A stretch of DNA of 64,000 nucleotides from an uncultured Gammaproteobacteria bacterium (GCA_964540475.1 CAZIMC010000002.1:6709-70708), one strand, 5' to 3'; positions 1 through 10,478 are shown, numbered from the stretch's first letter. Numbers and translations are program-made. The notes: generated by a model from the letters alone, not told the origin.

Positions 1-1574
1 ATTGCCTGGCTATATGACTCTAAAGCAAACTGGTCGGCACCCTCAGCAAAGGCAATTATCGACTGATAAGTTTGTCCGAGAAGTTCCCAGTTACCGGCTC
101 GGAATTGATTGAGAAGTACTGTGGTCTTCGCTTCTCTAATTGCTTGCTGAATGAGTTGTGCAATTATGTTTCTATCTTCCTCTGTTATATTTTCATTTTG
201 CGCAATCACATTTGCCAATGCCAAGTTTATTTGAGTGTAGCTCGCATGGTAACGATCAACATATGGATTAAGCGTTATTGCCTCGCGCATTAAGTCGTAA
301 GTAAGCCTGCCATCATTTGTGGCTGCCGCATCAAGTGCTTGCTTAAACTTATTTTCAGCATAGACGGCTCTTGATCCAAAACCCAAGAAAAGTACTACGA
401 GGACTAATGCAGGAGCTGCAATCAAAAATGAGGGAGCCTTTGACGACTTGGTGGATGACTGACTATACATAAAAGCTGAAAGTTGTATAGCTACTGGTTC
501 TACTTTCATATTTATCGCCAGAACCACAAAAAGGACAAATAAAAGCGATAAGTTCGCAGGAAAGAGAAGTAGCAGTACAGAAATTAGAGCCAAGGAGACA
601 AGGGGTAATTCATTCCTTCCTAACTGATATCCAACCCTTTCTTTAAAAAGGCTTCTGACCATCTTGAAAACCTTGAAAGCAATAAGAAGAAATGCTGCAA
701 ATCCCAGTAACCCAACTTCAGTGAGAAGGGTAAATGGCCAATTTCTTGCAGTCGTAAATCTAACTCCCCACATATCGGTGGAATTATAGGTAAAAGGTCT
801 AAACCTGTTAAAAGCAGTAAGATAGTTTCCTGGTCCAACTCCTAATACAGGAGTTTCTTTCAACGCATCAACTGATACACTCCAGGAGGTTTGAAAACTT
901 GCCAAGGCGGGTGTAGCACTTTTTCCGGGTAGCATATTAAATACCGAGAGAGCCAGACTTCCTGCAACTAAAATCATTGAAAGTGCGGCAACAGTCTTTT
1001 TGATAGGAGTTTTTTCCCTTAATACGATTTGAACCCCGAAAGGTATTATTGTTGCAAGAAATATTGCTTCGGGCAACTTACCTTCAAACAAGCTAAACTG
1101 TGGACTTCGTAAAAAAGCGGGTAGCTGGGGAATAGCAGAAAAGACATTAAAATATGTAAATATCGAGACTAACGAAACAAGTGCACCTGAGAAGAAAAGA
1201 AGAGTGGAAATCTTTTCTTTGGTAGCGGTGGCATTTAAAAGGAAGTATAGAAGTATTAGTGAAATAATTGCAGTTGCCGTCCCTGGGAACAAAAATGCCT
1301 CCATTTTGTTTGGAGTCCTTAGTAACGCTGAAATGATATAGGAGACCGCAAGAAGTAAGAGGGGGAAATCTATCGGACTTGTGCCAATCTTAAACTCTCC
1401 TTTTCTTAAGGTTATTATAGCTTTTGCTAATACGGCCAGGCTGACACCAAAGCTCAAAAGTACAAGCTTGGGGAATTCAAGAAAATTAGTGAAGGCAGTG
1501 CTAACAAACAAAGGAAGCAAAAAAACAATTGCTAAAAGTATATACTCCTGGACAGTTTCAAGTATTTTAGTCAT
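1..1574 (-). CDS. O-antigen ligase-like (Wzy_C) polytopic membrane protein with C-terminal TPR-like region. C-terminus runs off the window start. It is missing from the ORF track because there is no in-window stop.
   Basis: Hand translation of the minus strand from ATG at 1574 gives an uninterrupted frame of about 525 aa. It has around 12 hydrophobic segments and the Wzy_C-like motif ARNWPFTLLTEVGLLGFAAFLL, and is a paralog of 58436..60484. Confidence 0.6.
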   Translation of the reverse strand, partial: MTKILETVQEYILLAIVFLLPLFVSTAFTNFLEFPKLVLLSFGVSLAVLAKAIITLRKGEFKIGTSPIDFPLLLLAVSYIISALLRTPNKMEAFLFPGTATAIISLILLYFLLNATATKEKISTLLFFSGALVSLVSIFTYFNVFSAIPQLPAFLRSPQFSLFEGKLPEAIFLATIIPFGVQIVLREKTPIKKTVAALSMILVAGSLALSVFNMLPGKSATPALASFQTSWSVSVDALKETPVLGVGPGNYLTAFNRFRPFTYNSTDMWGVRFTTARNWPFTLLTEVGLLGFAAFLLIAFKVFKMVRSLFKERVGYQLGRNELPLVSLALISVLLLLFPANLSLLFVLFVVLAINMKVEPVAIQLSAFMYSQSSTKSSKAPSFLIAAPALVLVVLFLGFGSRAVYAENKFKQALDAAATNDGRLTYDLMREAITLNPYVDRYHASYTQINLALANVIAQNENITEEDRNIIAQLIQQAIREAKTTVLLNQFRAGNWELLGQTYQSIIAFAEGADQFALESYSQA

Positions 1575-1691
1575 TAGATCAGTTTATATTTTTAGTTTCT
1601 TTTTTCAATATGTCAATAGGTATATGCTACGAAATAATATTATATATATGAAATTATATAAATTGACATATTTATATAAGGTAATGAATCA

Positions 1692-4600
1692 CTATTCTTC
1701 CGCCGAGTCTAGGTCAATTACCCACCAATTAAATTCCACATCTACATCAAGAACGTTGCTAAAGCCTACAATGAAAAAGCCTTCGCCCTTGGCTTTTACA
1801 TATAGTACTCGGTTTTTTGTCGTAGAGGTGGGAGTTACATAGACTAGGGTTTTATCACTGACGTTTTCGTTTCTTACGATAATTTCATTAAGGCCGGCTG
1901 CGACAGTTGCTTTTCCGGCGGATGCATTACTTTCTATGATTTGTTTTGTGGCCAGGGAGGCAGAGGGGCTAGCAATATCGGCCGCAATAATGAGTTTTTG
2001 GGTCTGAACTTGTCTGAATTCAGCAGAACCGGAAGCATCGATTGCTGCATCGGTCCCAAAGAATGCATTCTGTGCATGGATATTTCCGGTTAAGTATAGA
2101 TTGCCAAAGATTTCTACATCACCATTTGTGTTTATTCTTACCTTACCTGCCATAAGGTCGATTGGAGCAAGAGCCAGGGATTGTAGTGATAAGGGAGCAA
2201 AAAGAGTATTAATACTATTGTCCTGTGAACTTATTACCATATCCGTACCGAAGGCTAGTGAAGTAGAAACTGACATACTGAAAAAAGCCGCCTGATCTGT
2301 AACAAAGAGGTGGTTGAGTGATAAGCTTGATAAATTGTTATATGTAGAATCAAGGTTGTTGTCGGTTGCAACCTCGTCAGTACCCACTTCAGTGGTTTGT
2401 GCCAATCCAGACAGAAGTTTTTGATTAAATTCTATCTCCTTCAGTAGATTTTCGATCTCCAATATTTTCTCCTTGGTAAGACCATCTGGGCTTTCAACAA
2501 AATTTGCAATAACCCTGTCAGCATAAATTGTTCCCGCAATTGTGGCGTCGTTACTTACTGCTAACTGGTTACTGTTTACAGTTCCGGAAAGTGTCGCGTC
2601 GGCTGCGGATATGCTACCCGCAAAATAGGCGTTACCCCGTGTGTCTATGCTAGATACCTCCACTTGGTCAGTATTTTGAACTACAAACCTTGACTCAGGC
2701 TCTAGTTCAGAAGATTCCAATCTGACTACCAAATCCTGACCACTGTTGGGGGTTATGAGTGCTGTTTTAACACTTGGCGTAACAAGACCGGAGGAAATAA
2801 GCAGATTATCAACTGTTGCCGTTGCTATATAAGAAGACTCGGCCACTAATTTTTTTGTCACCAAAGTTCCCGCAGTTATATTGGTGGTTATGATATCCAG
2901 AGCAATCAGGCTTTCTTCAATCGCTATTTTGGTTGCGGTGATTGTGCCAGCCTTAATGTTCTCAGCAATAAGATTCGCCGCAACCACGCTTGCAGCGATT
3001 ATCTTTTCTGTGAATATGTGAGAGGAAGCTATCACTCCCTTTTCCACCTTCTCATCCAGCTCCTGAACTGCTTTTACTAATGGGACTACTAAAGACGCAT
3101 AATCAACCCCCTTTATATCGTGAGCTATATATTGGACTGCTTCCGGGAAAACATTTTCTACATTTTGGGCAATAAGCCCTAGATTGCTTCGTTGGTTTCG
3201 TGTGGGATCTATCCAGCTATAAGTAACTGCTTCCAAAGACTTAATTTTGGTTAGAGCATCCTCCACGGGTGCAATATTTTGCTTAAGCCTGGAATCCGAG
3301 GCACAAGTAACTCCAGCCCCATCTCCAATTACGCAAGTTGTTCCCGAACCATAAAAATATGCATCTCCGTTATTTTTTATTTCGAACTTTGTCTCACCGG
3401 CTACCGAGGCGGTTAGGGGAGAGTTACTCCCAGTTTCATTAAAGACAGCCAGTGCAATGCTTTGTGTGGCAGTTCCCTCTATTGTGATCGGGTTTAGAAA
3501 GCTGGAAGTTGCTCTTATAGTAAAGTTGTTCTCGATTGAATTTCCCAAAGTCACATTTCCGTTTGCCTTGAATGTTTCGCCAACTGTCAGGTTATCTCTT
3601 ATTAATACATTACCTTTGGGAACATAGATGGCATAGGAGTCAGGCAAACCACCACTTCTTGTTACCACCAAAGTGTTAGTTGCAGAACCCGCTTCCTGTT
3701 CAATCTCATTTAGATCAAGAACTAGAAGGTCGGATGTGGAGGGGTTCATATCCTTTGTTATATTTTTACGTATTAAAGCATAGTCGTCAGCCAGTTGATT
3801 TATTTCAAACCGCCCCTGGGTTTGGTTATAGCCGGTAATATTTGCCAGCCCGCCACCGCTATCGAAGCGAACACTTTCTCCAATTCTCAGATCTCCAGTA
3901 AGGTTGACATCAAAAACTCCTAGGATGCTACCAGCCATACTCGTGTTTCCATTAGCATCGATTTGAAACTTCGTTTCGGGATCTGACCCGGTTTGGAATA
4001 CTAAGAGATCGTATGTACCACTGTCGTTGCCAACATATCCATAAAATAAGCTTCCGGAATTAAGATTTGCCGCTGCAGCTCCAAATAGATTACCTTCTTC
4101 ACCCTCTAAAATAACATTCAGTTTACCCTTCCCATCTGGGTTTAACGTAATATCACCGTCCGAAGCATCAGGGGTTGACAGAACGAGTTCTTGCCCTTGA
4201 AGAAGAAGGGCTTGATCGCTTACAATTCCGGGAGCATCACCTTCTAATTTGATTACACCTGCCTCAGAATAAACCCTAGTAAGCGCTTCTTGGTATGCAC
4301 CCAAAACACTTGTAGACCCAGACGGTATTTGCTCAGAGCTTAGGATGTCTTCAGGTAGAGTGGGTGTTGGCGTGAAGAAATTTTCGTTATCAAGGAGTAT
4401 AATTCCGGTTCCAACAATCAGCACCAAAACCCCGCCGCTAAAAAGAGCCTTAAATAAGCTTGACGCCTTTTTCCTGCTTTCCGGAAATACCACTGTGGCT
4501 TGTGGTGTAAGCTCAGGTTTAATTACCGCGTCTCTTGCGGTTATTTGAAGTGTAATGTGATTTTTTCGTGCCCAATCTAGGAACTTTTTGATGGACACGG

Positions 4601-5165
4601 CTTTTCGTTGGGCGGTCGAAGCAGAGAAGCTGTTTTCAAGATATGCCCTGTAAGCTGTAAGCGTCCCCTCTGATACTTTCAGATGACCCAGCCAGGCGAG
4701 GAAGTGGCGCACATCCGAAACGTAATTTTTAATTGTATTTTTAGAAACACGAAGTAGAGTTAAGTGGGTCTTAAAGCTGCCGATAATGCTCTCAAAGTCG
4801 TTTTTGTGCGGCAAGACGCTTAGGTTTTGTAGTCCTTGCGTAAAATCTGTATCCACCAACTGTCTGTTTACCAAAAATCGGGACAAAGCTCTTAGGGTTG
4901 AAAGTCTCCGGTTTATGGTTTTAATGGGGGTGTTAAGTGTAAGTAAGTGCTGCTTGTAATCCTTTGATATGTTTGGGTGTATAAAGGGAATACTTTCAGT
5001 AAAACTGTCTACAAAGACGCCATCCTGTCTTATTTTGTCAACAAACCACTGGGCGAAATGGTTTGCGTCCGACTTGTAATTTTTAAGTGTCATAAAACTT
5101 CTACCCGAGTTATCCAAGTCGAGGATAAAGTTTGTTAGTGTGGGGTCAATTGCTGAATTTTTCAT
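1692..5165 (-). CDS. Giant membrane-anchored surface protein. It has two N-terminal tyrosine-recombinase-type core-binding (SAM-like) domains, one TM helix, a beta-rich fibre-like ectodomain, and an internal Peptidase_S74 (intramolecular chaperone / autoproteolysis) motif.
   Basis: 1157-aa ORF. N-terminal repeats LKNYKSDANHFAQWFVDK and IKNYVSDVRHFLAWLGH resemble the phage-integrase N-terminal SAM-like domain. TM helix GGVLVLIVGTGIILL. SDSRLKQNIAPVEDALTKIKSLEAVTYSWID...GLIAQNVENVFPEAV matches the S74 self-cleavage consensus. Confidence 0.7.
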   Translation of the reverse strand: MKNSAIDPTLTNFILDLDNSGRSFMTLKNYKSDANHFAQWFVDKIRQDGVFVDSFTESIPFIHPNISKDYKQHLLTLNTPIKTINRRLSTLRALSRFLVNRQLVDTDFTQGLQNLSVLPHKNDFESIIGSFKTHLTLLRVSKNTIKNYVSDVRHFLAWLGHLKVSEGTLTAYRAYLENSFSASTAQRKAVSIKKFLDWARKNHITLQITARDAVIKPELTPQATVVFPESRKKASSLFKALFSGGVLVLIVGTGIILLDNENFFTPTPTLPEDILSSEQIPSGSTSVLGAYQEALTRVYSEAGVIKLEGDAPGIVSDQALLLQGQELVLSTPDASDGDITLNPDGKGKLNVILEGEEGNLFGAAAANLNSGSLFYGYVGNDSGTYDLLVFQTGSDPETKFQIDANGNTSMAGSILGVFDVNLTGDLRIGESVRFDSGGGLANITGYNQTQGRFEINQLADDYALIRKNITKDMNPSTSDLLVLDLNEIEQEAGSATNTLVVTRSGGLPDSYAIYVPKGNVLIRDNLTVGETFKANGNVTLGNSIENNFTIRATSSFLNPITIEGTATQSIALAVFNETGSNSPLTASVAGETKFEIKNNGDAYFYGSGTTCVIGDGAGVTCASDSRLKQNIAPVEDALTKIKSLEAVTYSWIDPTRNQRSNLGLIAQNVENVFPEAVQYIAHDIKGVDYASLVVPLVKAVQELDEKVEKGVIASSHIFTEKIIAASVVAANLIAENIKAGTITATKIAIEESLIALDIITTNITAGTLVTKKLVAESSYIATATVDNLLISSGLVTPSVKTALITPNSGQDLVVRLESSELEPESRFVVQNTDQVEVSSIDTRGNAYFAGSISAADATLSGTVNSNQLAVSNDATIAGTIYADRVIANFVESPDGLTKEKILEIENLLKEIEFNQKLLSGLAQTTEVGTDEVATDNNLDSTYNNLSSLSLNHLFVTDQAAFFSMSVSTSLAFGTDMVISSQDNSINTLFAPLSLQSLALAPIDLMAGKVRINTNGDVEIFGNLYLTGNIHAQNAFFGTDAAIDASGSAEFRQVQTQKLIIAADIASPSASLATKQIIESNASAGKATVAAGLNEIIVRNENVSDKTLVYVTPTSTTKNRVLYVKAKGEGFFIVGFSNVLDVDVEFNWWVIDLDSAEE

Positions 5166-5721
5166 TTATTATTGTCAGGCACGAATTACACAGATTACAC
5201 TGCTTATACCATTAAAAATTGACGGCTTAGTTATGTCAATGGTATTTTACACGCACGGGGCTAGCTTGGACTAATTACTGTTTTCATGCATCCTTATAAC
5301 ACAATTACCGCATAAATGTCACGCACGAGTAGGCTATTTTTACCATGACAGATTCGTCCTATAAGAACGTAAGATTGCAAAAGTGAGCTAATGTTTTCGT
5401 GCCTATTTCTACCATTGCGGAATATTGCGGTAAATGATTTCCGCAGGCATGTTGAAGCTGCAATCCGATAGCTATGCTACTAATTGGTGTGCTAAAGTGT
5501 AATTAGCAGACTGCTAATTTGAGTGATAGGAATTTTAACCAGTATTTTGGCCCGTGTGGTGGGCTATTTGTATTGCTGCTAGTTACTTATATTTTATTAC
5601 ACTAAAGACGTTTGCTTGAAGAGTTTACAGAACCTGGCTACTGGTCAAATAGTCACTATAATTGCTATTATTATTTTAATCCAGGCTCTACACTTTCTAA
5701 TTGCCAGCTAATAATCATACT

Positions 5722-5729
5722 TGTATAAT
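5722..5729 (+). promoter_or_regulatory. Extended -10 (TGtTATAAT) 8 nt upstream of the leuS ATG, suggesting a leaderless or near-leaderless leuS transcript.
   Basis: tgtataat at 5722-5729 and ATG at 5738. No SD sequence lies between them. Confidence 0.3.
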
Positions 5730-5737
5730 TTACAAGT

Positions 5738-8659
5738 ATGGTGAGCAAAAATATTACCTACGATCATAGGTCAGTTGAGGCTAGATGGCGGGATTACTGG
5801 GACAATTCAGGACTATACAAAACTGATCTGAATGCTTCGAGGGGACGTTTTTACAATTTATGGATGTTCCCGTATCCTTCCGGGGAGGGTCTACATGCCG
5901 GGCACGCTTTTGCTTCAACAGGTAGCGACATTTACGGCCGTTTTATGAGAATGAAAGGTAGAGAAGTGTTTCAGCCAATCGGCTACGACTCATTTGGCAT
6001 TCATTCTGAAAATTTTGCGATCAAGACAGGTGAAACGCCTCAAATAATGCTTACACGCACAACTAAGCACTACGAAGCACAGTTAAGAAGCCTGGGCCAC
6101 GGCTATGATTGGAGTAGAGTGTTGAGTACTTCTGATATAGATTATTATAAATGGACACAGTGGCTATTTGTCGAAATGTTTAAGGCTGGCCTTGCATACA
6201 AGAAAAAAGCTAGCGTTAATTATTGTCCTTCGTGCAAGACGGTGTTGGCAGACGAGCAGGTAATGACGCCAAAGCAGGCTGGGAAAGAACCCAAAGACGC
6301 AAGGGGTAATAGGGTTTCTGGAACTGATGATACCCGAGTTTGCGAGCGATGTGGTACGGTGGTCCAAAAAAAAGAATTGGATCAGTGGTTTTTTAGGATT
6401 ACCGACTATGCAGACCGGCTACTTTCTGGTTTAGATAAAATTGATTGGAGCGAGCGCGTTAAGATTGCTCAAAGAGAGTGGATAGGGCGGTCCGAGGGGC
6501 TTCGGATCCAATTCCAAATTACAAATTCCAAATTACAAATTCCGGTGTGGACTAAGTTTTGGGAAACAATATATGGGGCTACTTTTCTGGTTGTTGCACC
6601 CGAATACGCACAAAACGAGCTTGTCCACTTGATTCCCCAGGAAAATAAAAAGAAAGTTCTTGAATATATCAAAATGTCTCTTAGTAAGTCAGAACAGCGG
6701 AGGAAAGAAGAGGCAAAAGAAAAAACCGGAGTGTTTACAGGAATTTACGCTGTAAATCCGGCAAATGGTCAAAAGATCCCTGTTTGGGTTACCGACTATG
6801 TGTTATTGGGTGTTGGAACGGGTGCTGTAATGGGAGTTCCTGCGCACGACAAGCGCGACTTTGAATTTGCAAGAAAATTCAACTTGAGACTTCTCCCTGT
6901 TGTCAAACCTAAAGATAGCGCATATAGAAGCTATTTGATGGGTGCAAAAGATATATCAGATAAAGATCTGGAAGATATCAAAGTAATGCTTGTCGAGACC
7001 GATAAAGACGGAGACAAAAAGCTTATCATACCTTCGGATTCACTTGCTGAATATAAAAAGCTTATAAAAGAGAAGTTAGACTTTGGATTTTGGAATGAAG
7101 TGGTGGGAGATACTGTATGGTTTTGCTTTAAAGATAAAACTGGTAATACAACAGAATATATATTATCAGAAAATAATATGTCAGAAATTGCTAAAAAATG
7201 TTCTGAGTTTAACAACGATCCGCTTGAAAAAACAGAGAACCTGTGGCTCTATTTAGCAGAGAATGATTGGTATCAGCCACTCATTGTTCAAGAAAATGGC
7301 GGGGAGTTAATTAACTCAGGGCGGTTTGATGGCATGTCCGCCTGGGGAGAGGGTAAGAAAAAGATGGCTGAGTGGATGATTAAGGAAAGTTTTGCCGAGT
7401 GGAGCACGACTTACCATTTACGAGATTGGTTAGTAAGCAGACAGCGCTACTGGGGGCCTCCGATTCCAATGATCTACTGCCCGAAATGCGCCAAGGAGGG
7501 CAGGAGCTGGCTTAGTCAAAATGAAGCTAACGTTAGGAAAGATCAGACAGACTGGACTCATGCGGGTTGGTACCCTGAAGAAAATTTACCTGTCATCTTG
7601 CCAGAAATGGATAACTATCAGCCCTTAGGTACCGGCAAAAGTCCTTTGGCATCTGTGCCTGATTTTTATGAGGCTAAATGTCCTTACTGTGATGGCGATG
7701 CTACTCGCGAGACAGATGTTTCAGATACATTTGTTGATTCCGCGTGGTATTTCTTAAGATATCCGAGTGTTAATGCAGAAAGTAATAGTAAATTACCCTT
7801 TGATCCAGGAATAACAAAGAAATGGTTACCAGTTTCACTATACTTTGGCGGTGCCGAACATTCAGTGCTGCATTTGATGTATGCCCGTTTTGTAACAATG
7901 ATGCTTTATGATTTGAAGCTAGTTGATTTCGAGGAGCCTTTCCCGAAGTTTTTTGCCCACGGTTTAATGATCAAGGACGGTGCAAAGATGAGTAAATCCA
8001 GAGGAAATGTGGTTAACCCGGATGAGTATATTGAAAAATATGGCGCAGACACCTTGAGACTTTACACCATGTTTATGGGGCCAATGGATGGATATCCGGA
8101 TTTTCGTGACAGTGGGATTGAGGGCATGAGGAGATTTATTAATAAGGTTTATAAACTTTTCGGTGAAGCATTGGTGGAGGAAGAAGCGAATGAAGTAATC
8201 ACAAAACTGCATCAAACCATAAAAAAGACTACCGAAGATATTCAAGGTTTTAGATACAATACCGCAATTGCGTCAATTATGGAATTGGTAAATCTTATCC
8301 AGGTCAAAGGTACTTCAGAAAATACACTAAATGTACTAGCCAGACTCCTGGCGCCATTCACCCCGCACTTAGCCGAGGAATTATGGCAAGAAGTGTTGAA
8401 GCAGAGCGGGTCAGTTCACAATGCAAGCTGGCCAGAACACAATCCTGAATTGATAAATGTGGATCAAGTTGAGCTTGTAGTTCAGGTAGACGGAAAAGTT
8501 CGTGCCCAATTAATGGTAGGCATTAATCATTCCAAGGATCGTGACTTTGTATTCGATTTAGCCAGAAGGGAGCCTAAAGTCGTTAAATGGCTAGAGGGTA
8601 AAGAGGTCAAAGATGAGATATTTATTCCTGAAAAGCTCATTAACTTTGTTACTAAATAA
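5738..8659 (+). CDS. leuS: Leucyl-tRNA synthetase
   Basis: HAGH (HIGH) motif near the N-terminus and KMSKS motif (KMSKSRGN), 973 aa, class I LeuS architecture with editing insertion. Confidence 0.95.
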   Translation: MVSKNITYDHRSVEARWRDYWDNSGLYKTDLNASRGRFYNLWMFPYPSGEGLHAGHAFASTGSDIYGRFMRMKGREVFQPIGYDSFGIHSENFAIKTGETPQIMLTRTTKHYEAQLRSLGHGYDWSRVLSTSDIDYYKWTQWLFVEMFKAGLAYKKKASVNYCPSCKTVLADEQVMTPKQAGKEPKDARGNRVSGTDDTRVCERCGTVVQKKELDQWFFRITDYADRLLSGLDKIDWSERVKIAQREWIGRSEGLRIQFQITNSKLQIPVWTKFWETIYGATFLVVAPEYAQNELVHLIPQENKKKVLEYIKMSLSKSEQRRKEEAKEKTGVFTGIYAVNPANGQKIPVWVTDYVLLGVGTGAVMGVPAHDKRDFEFARKFNLRLLPVVKPKDSAYRSYLMGAKDISDKDLEDIKVMLVETDKDGDKKLIIPSDSLAEYKKLIKEKLDFGFWNEVVGDTVWFCFKDKTGNTTEYILSENNMSEIAKKCSEFNNDPLEKTENLWLYLAENDWYQPLIVQENGGELINSGRFDGMSAWGEGKKKMAEWMIKESFAEWSTTYHLRDWLVSRQRYWGPPIPMIYCPKCAKEGRSWLSQNEANVRKDQTDWTHAGWYPEENLPVILPEMDNYQPLGTGKSPLASVPDFYEAKCPYCDGDATRETDVSDTFVDSAWYFLRYPSVNAESNSKLPFDPGITKKWLPVSLYFGGAEHSVLHLMYARFVTMMLYDLKLVDFEEPFPKFFAHGLMIKDGAKMSKSRGNVVNPDEYIEKYGADTLRLYTMFMGPMDGYPDFRDSGIEGMRRFINKVYKLFGEALVEEEANEVITKLHQTIKKTTEDIQGFRYNTAIASIMELVNLIQVKGTSENTLNVLARLLAPFTPHLAEELWQEVLKQSGSVHNASWPEHNPELINVDQVELVVQVDGKVRAQLMVGINHSKDRDFVFDLARREPKVVKWLEGKEVKDEIFIPEKLINFVTK
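6509..6544 (+). repeat. In-frame tandem repeat (about 14-nt unit caaattccaaatta x2.5) inside leuS, encoding IQFQITNSKLQIP.
   Basis: ccaattccaaattacaaattccaaattacaaattcc read directly from the sequence. Confidence 0.8.
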
Positions 8660-8703
8660 TACCGATTGCGTGGGCTTAAATCTTTCCTATATGATGATAG
8701 TTG

Positions 8704-9357
8704 ATGGGAAGTTCCGAATCGGGCTTGAGTGAACTTTGGGAAAAGCTTCAGGGTATATTCTTCAAATTCAGGTTCTCCATCATTGTAACATTCATGGGGC
8801 TTATCTTGGTGGGTTTGGGGACGTTTTTCGTGAAAACTGAGGGTGAAGTATCGGGCGACCGTGTAGAGGTCCTTAAAAGTGCCACAGAAAGTCAAGAGAG
8901 GCAAATATTCGTTGAGGTTTCCGGTGCTGTTCAAAAACCTGGCGTTTACAGTTTTGACGGGTTGGCTAGAGTAGAGGATGCATTGGTGGCAGCGGGCGGG
9001 TTTTCAGAGAAAGCCGACCGGCAGTGGGTTGATAGAACTTTGAATCGAGCAAGTAAGTTGGTAGATGGTCAAAAGATCTACATACCTCATGTTAGCGAGC
9101 AGTCTTTGGTTTCAAGTGCTAATAATCAGGTGGTATATCAAAATGGATCATCCACTTTTGGAGCTTCCGATGGAGGACTAATCAATATTAACACTGCGAG
9201 CTCAAGTGAATTACAATCATTGAATGGAATTGGCCCTGCCTACGGCCAAAAGATCATTGATCAAAGACCTTACTCAAATATAGATGAGCTGTTAACTAAA
9301 AAGGTTATCCCTAAAAATACTTACGAAAAGATAAAGGATAGAATTTCTGTTTACTGA
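8704..9357 (+). CDS. comEA: ComEA-like competence protein (TM anchor plus SLBB and helix-hairpin-helix DNA-binding domain)
   Basis: C-terminal ININTASSSELQSLNGIGPAYGQKIIDQRP is a HhH motif. There is an N-terminal hydrophobic segment. Confidence 0.8.
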   Translation: MGSSESGLSELWEKLQGIFFKFRFSIIVTFMGLILVGLGTFFVKTEGEVSGDRVEVLKSATESQERQIFVEVSGAVQKPGVYSFDGLARVEDALVAAGGFSEKADRQWVDRTLNRASKLVDGQKIYIPHVSEQSLVSSANNQVVYQNGSSTFGASDGGLININTASSSELQSLNGIGPAYGQKIIDQRPYSNIDELLTKKVIPKNTYEKIKDRISVY

Positions 9358-9416
9358 TTGCAGTTTGCTGTTTTAATTGAGTAAGTGATAGCCAGCCGAC
9401 AGTTAATAAGTATATT

Positions 9417-10478
9417 ATGTACCGCATTTTCTTCTATGCATTTTTACTTACTATCATTGTAGTCAGATTTATAATGGTTCGGCCGGTTTATAAGGACGGT
9501 GATTTTGTGCGAGTTACCTCAAAGGTTAGGACACCTCCGACATACTATGAGGATTTTCAAGGCGTGTCTGTCGCCGGGTTAAGGACCTATCTGCCGCTGG
9601 ATCAGGAAATTTCATATGGCGACTTTATAGTGATAGAAGGTTTAGTAGAAGATAACAAAATCAAAAAGCCTCAAGTAATTAGCATTAGAAAGGCCGAAGG
9701 ATTTTTAGTTGGCTTAAGAAGCTTAATTCTTAACTTTTTTAACAAATATTTGCCGCAGGATCATGCGGCATTAATTGCAGGCATAGTATTGGGGGATAAA
9801 GGAGGCCTAAGTGAGGGTTTTTCCGACAAACTAAAAGCAAGTGGCACCATACATGTAGTTGTAGCATCAGGTCAAAACGTCACATTTGTGGCAGCATTTC
9901 TTGTTGCAATAATAACAATTGCACTAAAAAGAAGCATTGCTATACCTTTTGTTATAGGCGGGATTTTTATCTACAGTGTTTTGGCGGGTTTTGAACCACC
10001 AATTGTTAGAGCTGCCATTATGGGAACCTTTGCCTTTGTTGCTCAGGAATTCGGGCGTATATATACAACTTGGCACGCGCTTGTTTTGACCGCATTGGGT
10101 ATGTTGGTAATAAACCCGCTCTGGTCAGTCGATCTTGGTTTTATCCTTTCGTTTGTGGCTACAGTGTCAATTTTACTGTTCCATTCACGAATTAATAAAA
10201 AACTACTTGGACTGCCCAACTTCTTTCGAGAAGGTCTATCATCATCTTTTGCTGCTCAAATTGGGGTAACACCAATTCTTTTTGTCACTTTCGGTAACTT
10301 CAACATTCTTTCGCCAATAATCAATGCGCTTATTCTTTGGACTATTCCACTGATAATGAGCCTCGCAGGTTTGGCAGCCTTAACTTCTTTGTTGTCGGGT
10401 AGGTTGGCTAGTCTAATTCTATATTTAACATATCCTCTGACAAGCTGGTTTATATTTATTGTTGAACTGTTTAGCTAG
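9417..10478 (+). CDS. comEC: ComEC/Rec2 N-terminal competence (membrane channel) domain. It is in the same frame as the next ORF, separated only by an in-frame TAG.
   Basis: DHAALIAGIVLGDKGGLSEGFSDKLKASGTIHVVVASGQNVTFVAAFL competence-domain signature. Polytopic. Confidence 0.8.
   Translation: MYRIFFYAFLLTIIVVRFIMVRPVYKDGDFVRVTSKVRTPPTYYEDFQGVSVAGLRTYLPLDQEISYGDFIVIEGLVEDNKIKKPQVISIRKAEGFLVGLRSLILNFFNKYLPQDHAALIAGIVLGDKGGLSEGFSDKLKASGTIHVVVASGQNVTFVAAFLVAIITIALKRSIAIPFVIGGIFIYSVLAGFEPPIVRAAIMGTFAFVAQEFGRIYTTWHALVLTALGMLVINPLWSVDLGFILSFVATVSILLFHSRINKKLLGLPNFFREGLSSSFAAQIGVTPILFVTFGNFNILSPIINALILWTIPLIMSLAGLAALTSLLSGRLASLILYLTYPLTSWFIFIVELFS

Noticed and set aside
72-838. ORF-track ORFs 72..293 (+) and 620..838 (-)
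   Set aside because: They lie inside, and out of frame with, the long minus-strand membrane-protein gene 1..1574, which the track missed because it has no in-window stop. They are compositionally non-protein-like.
1381-1842. ORF 1381..1842 (+)
   Set aside because: It overlaps the starts of two convergent or divergent real genes and reads as an AT-rich low-complexity peptide.
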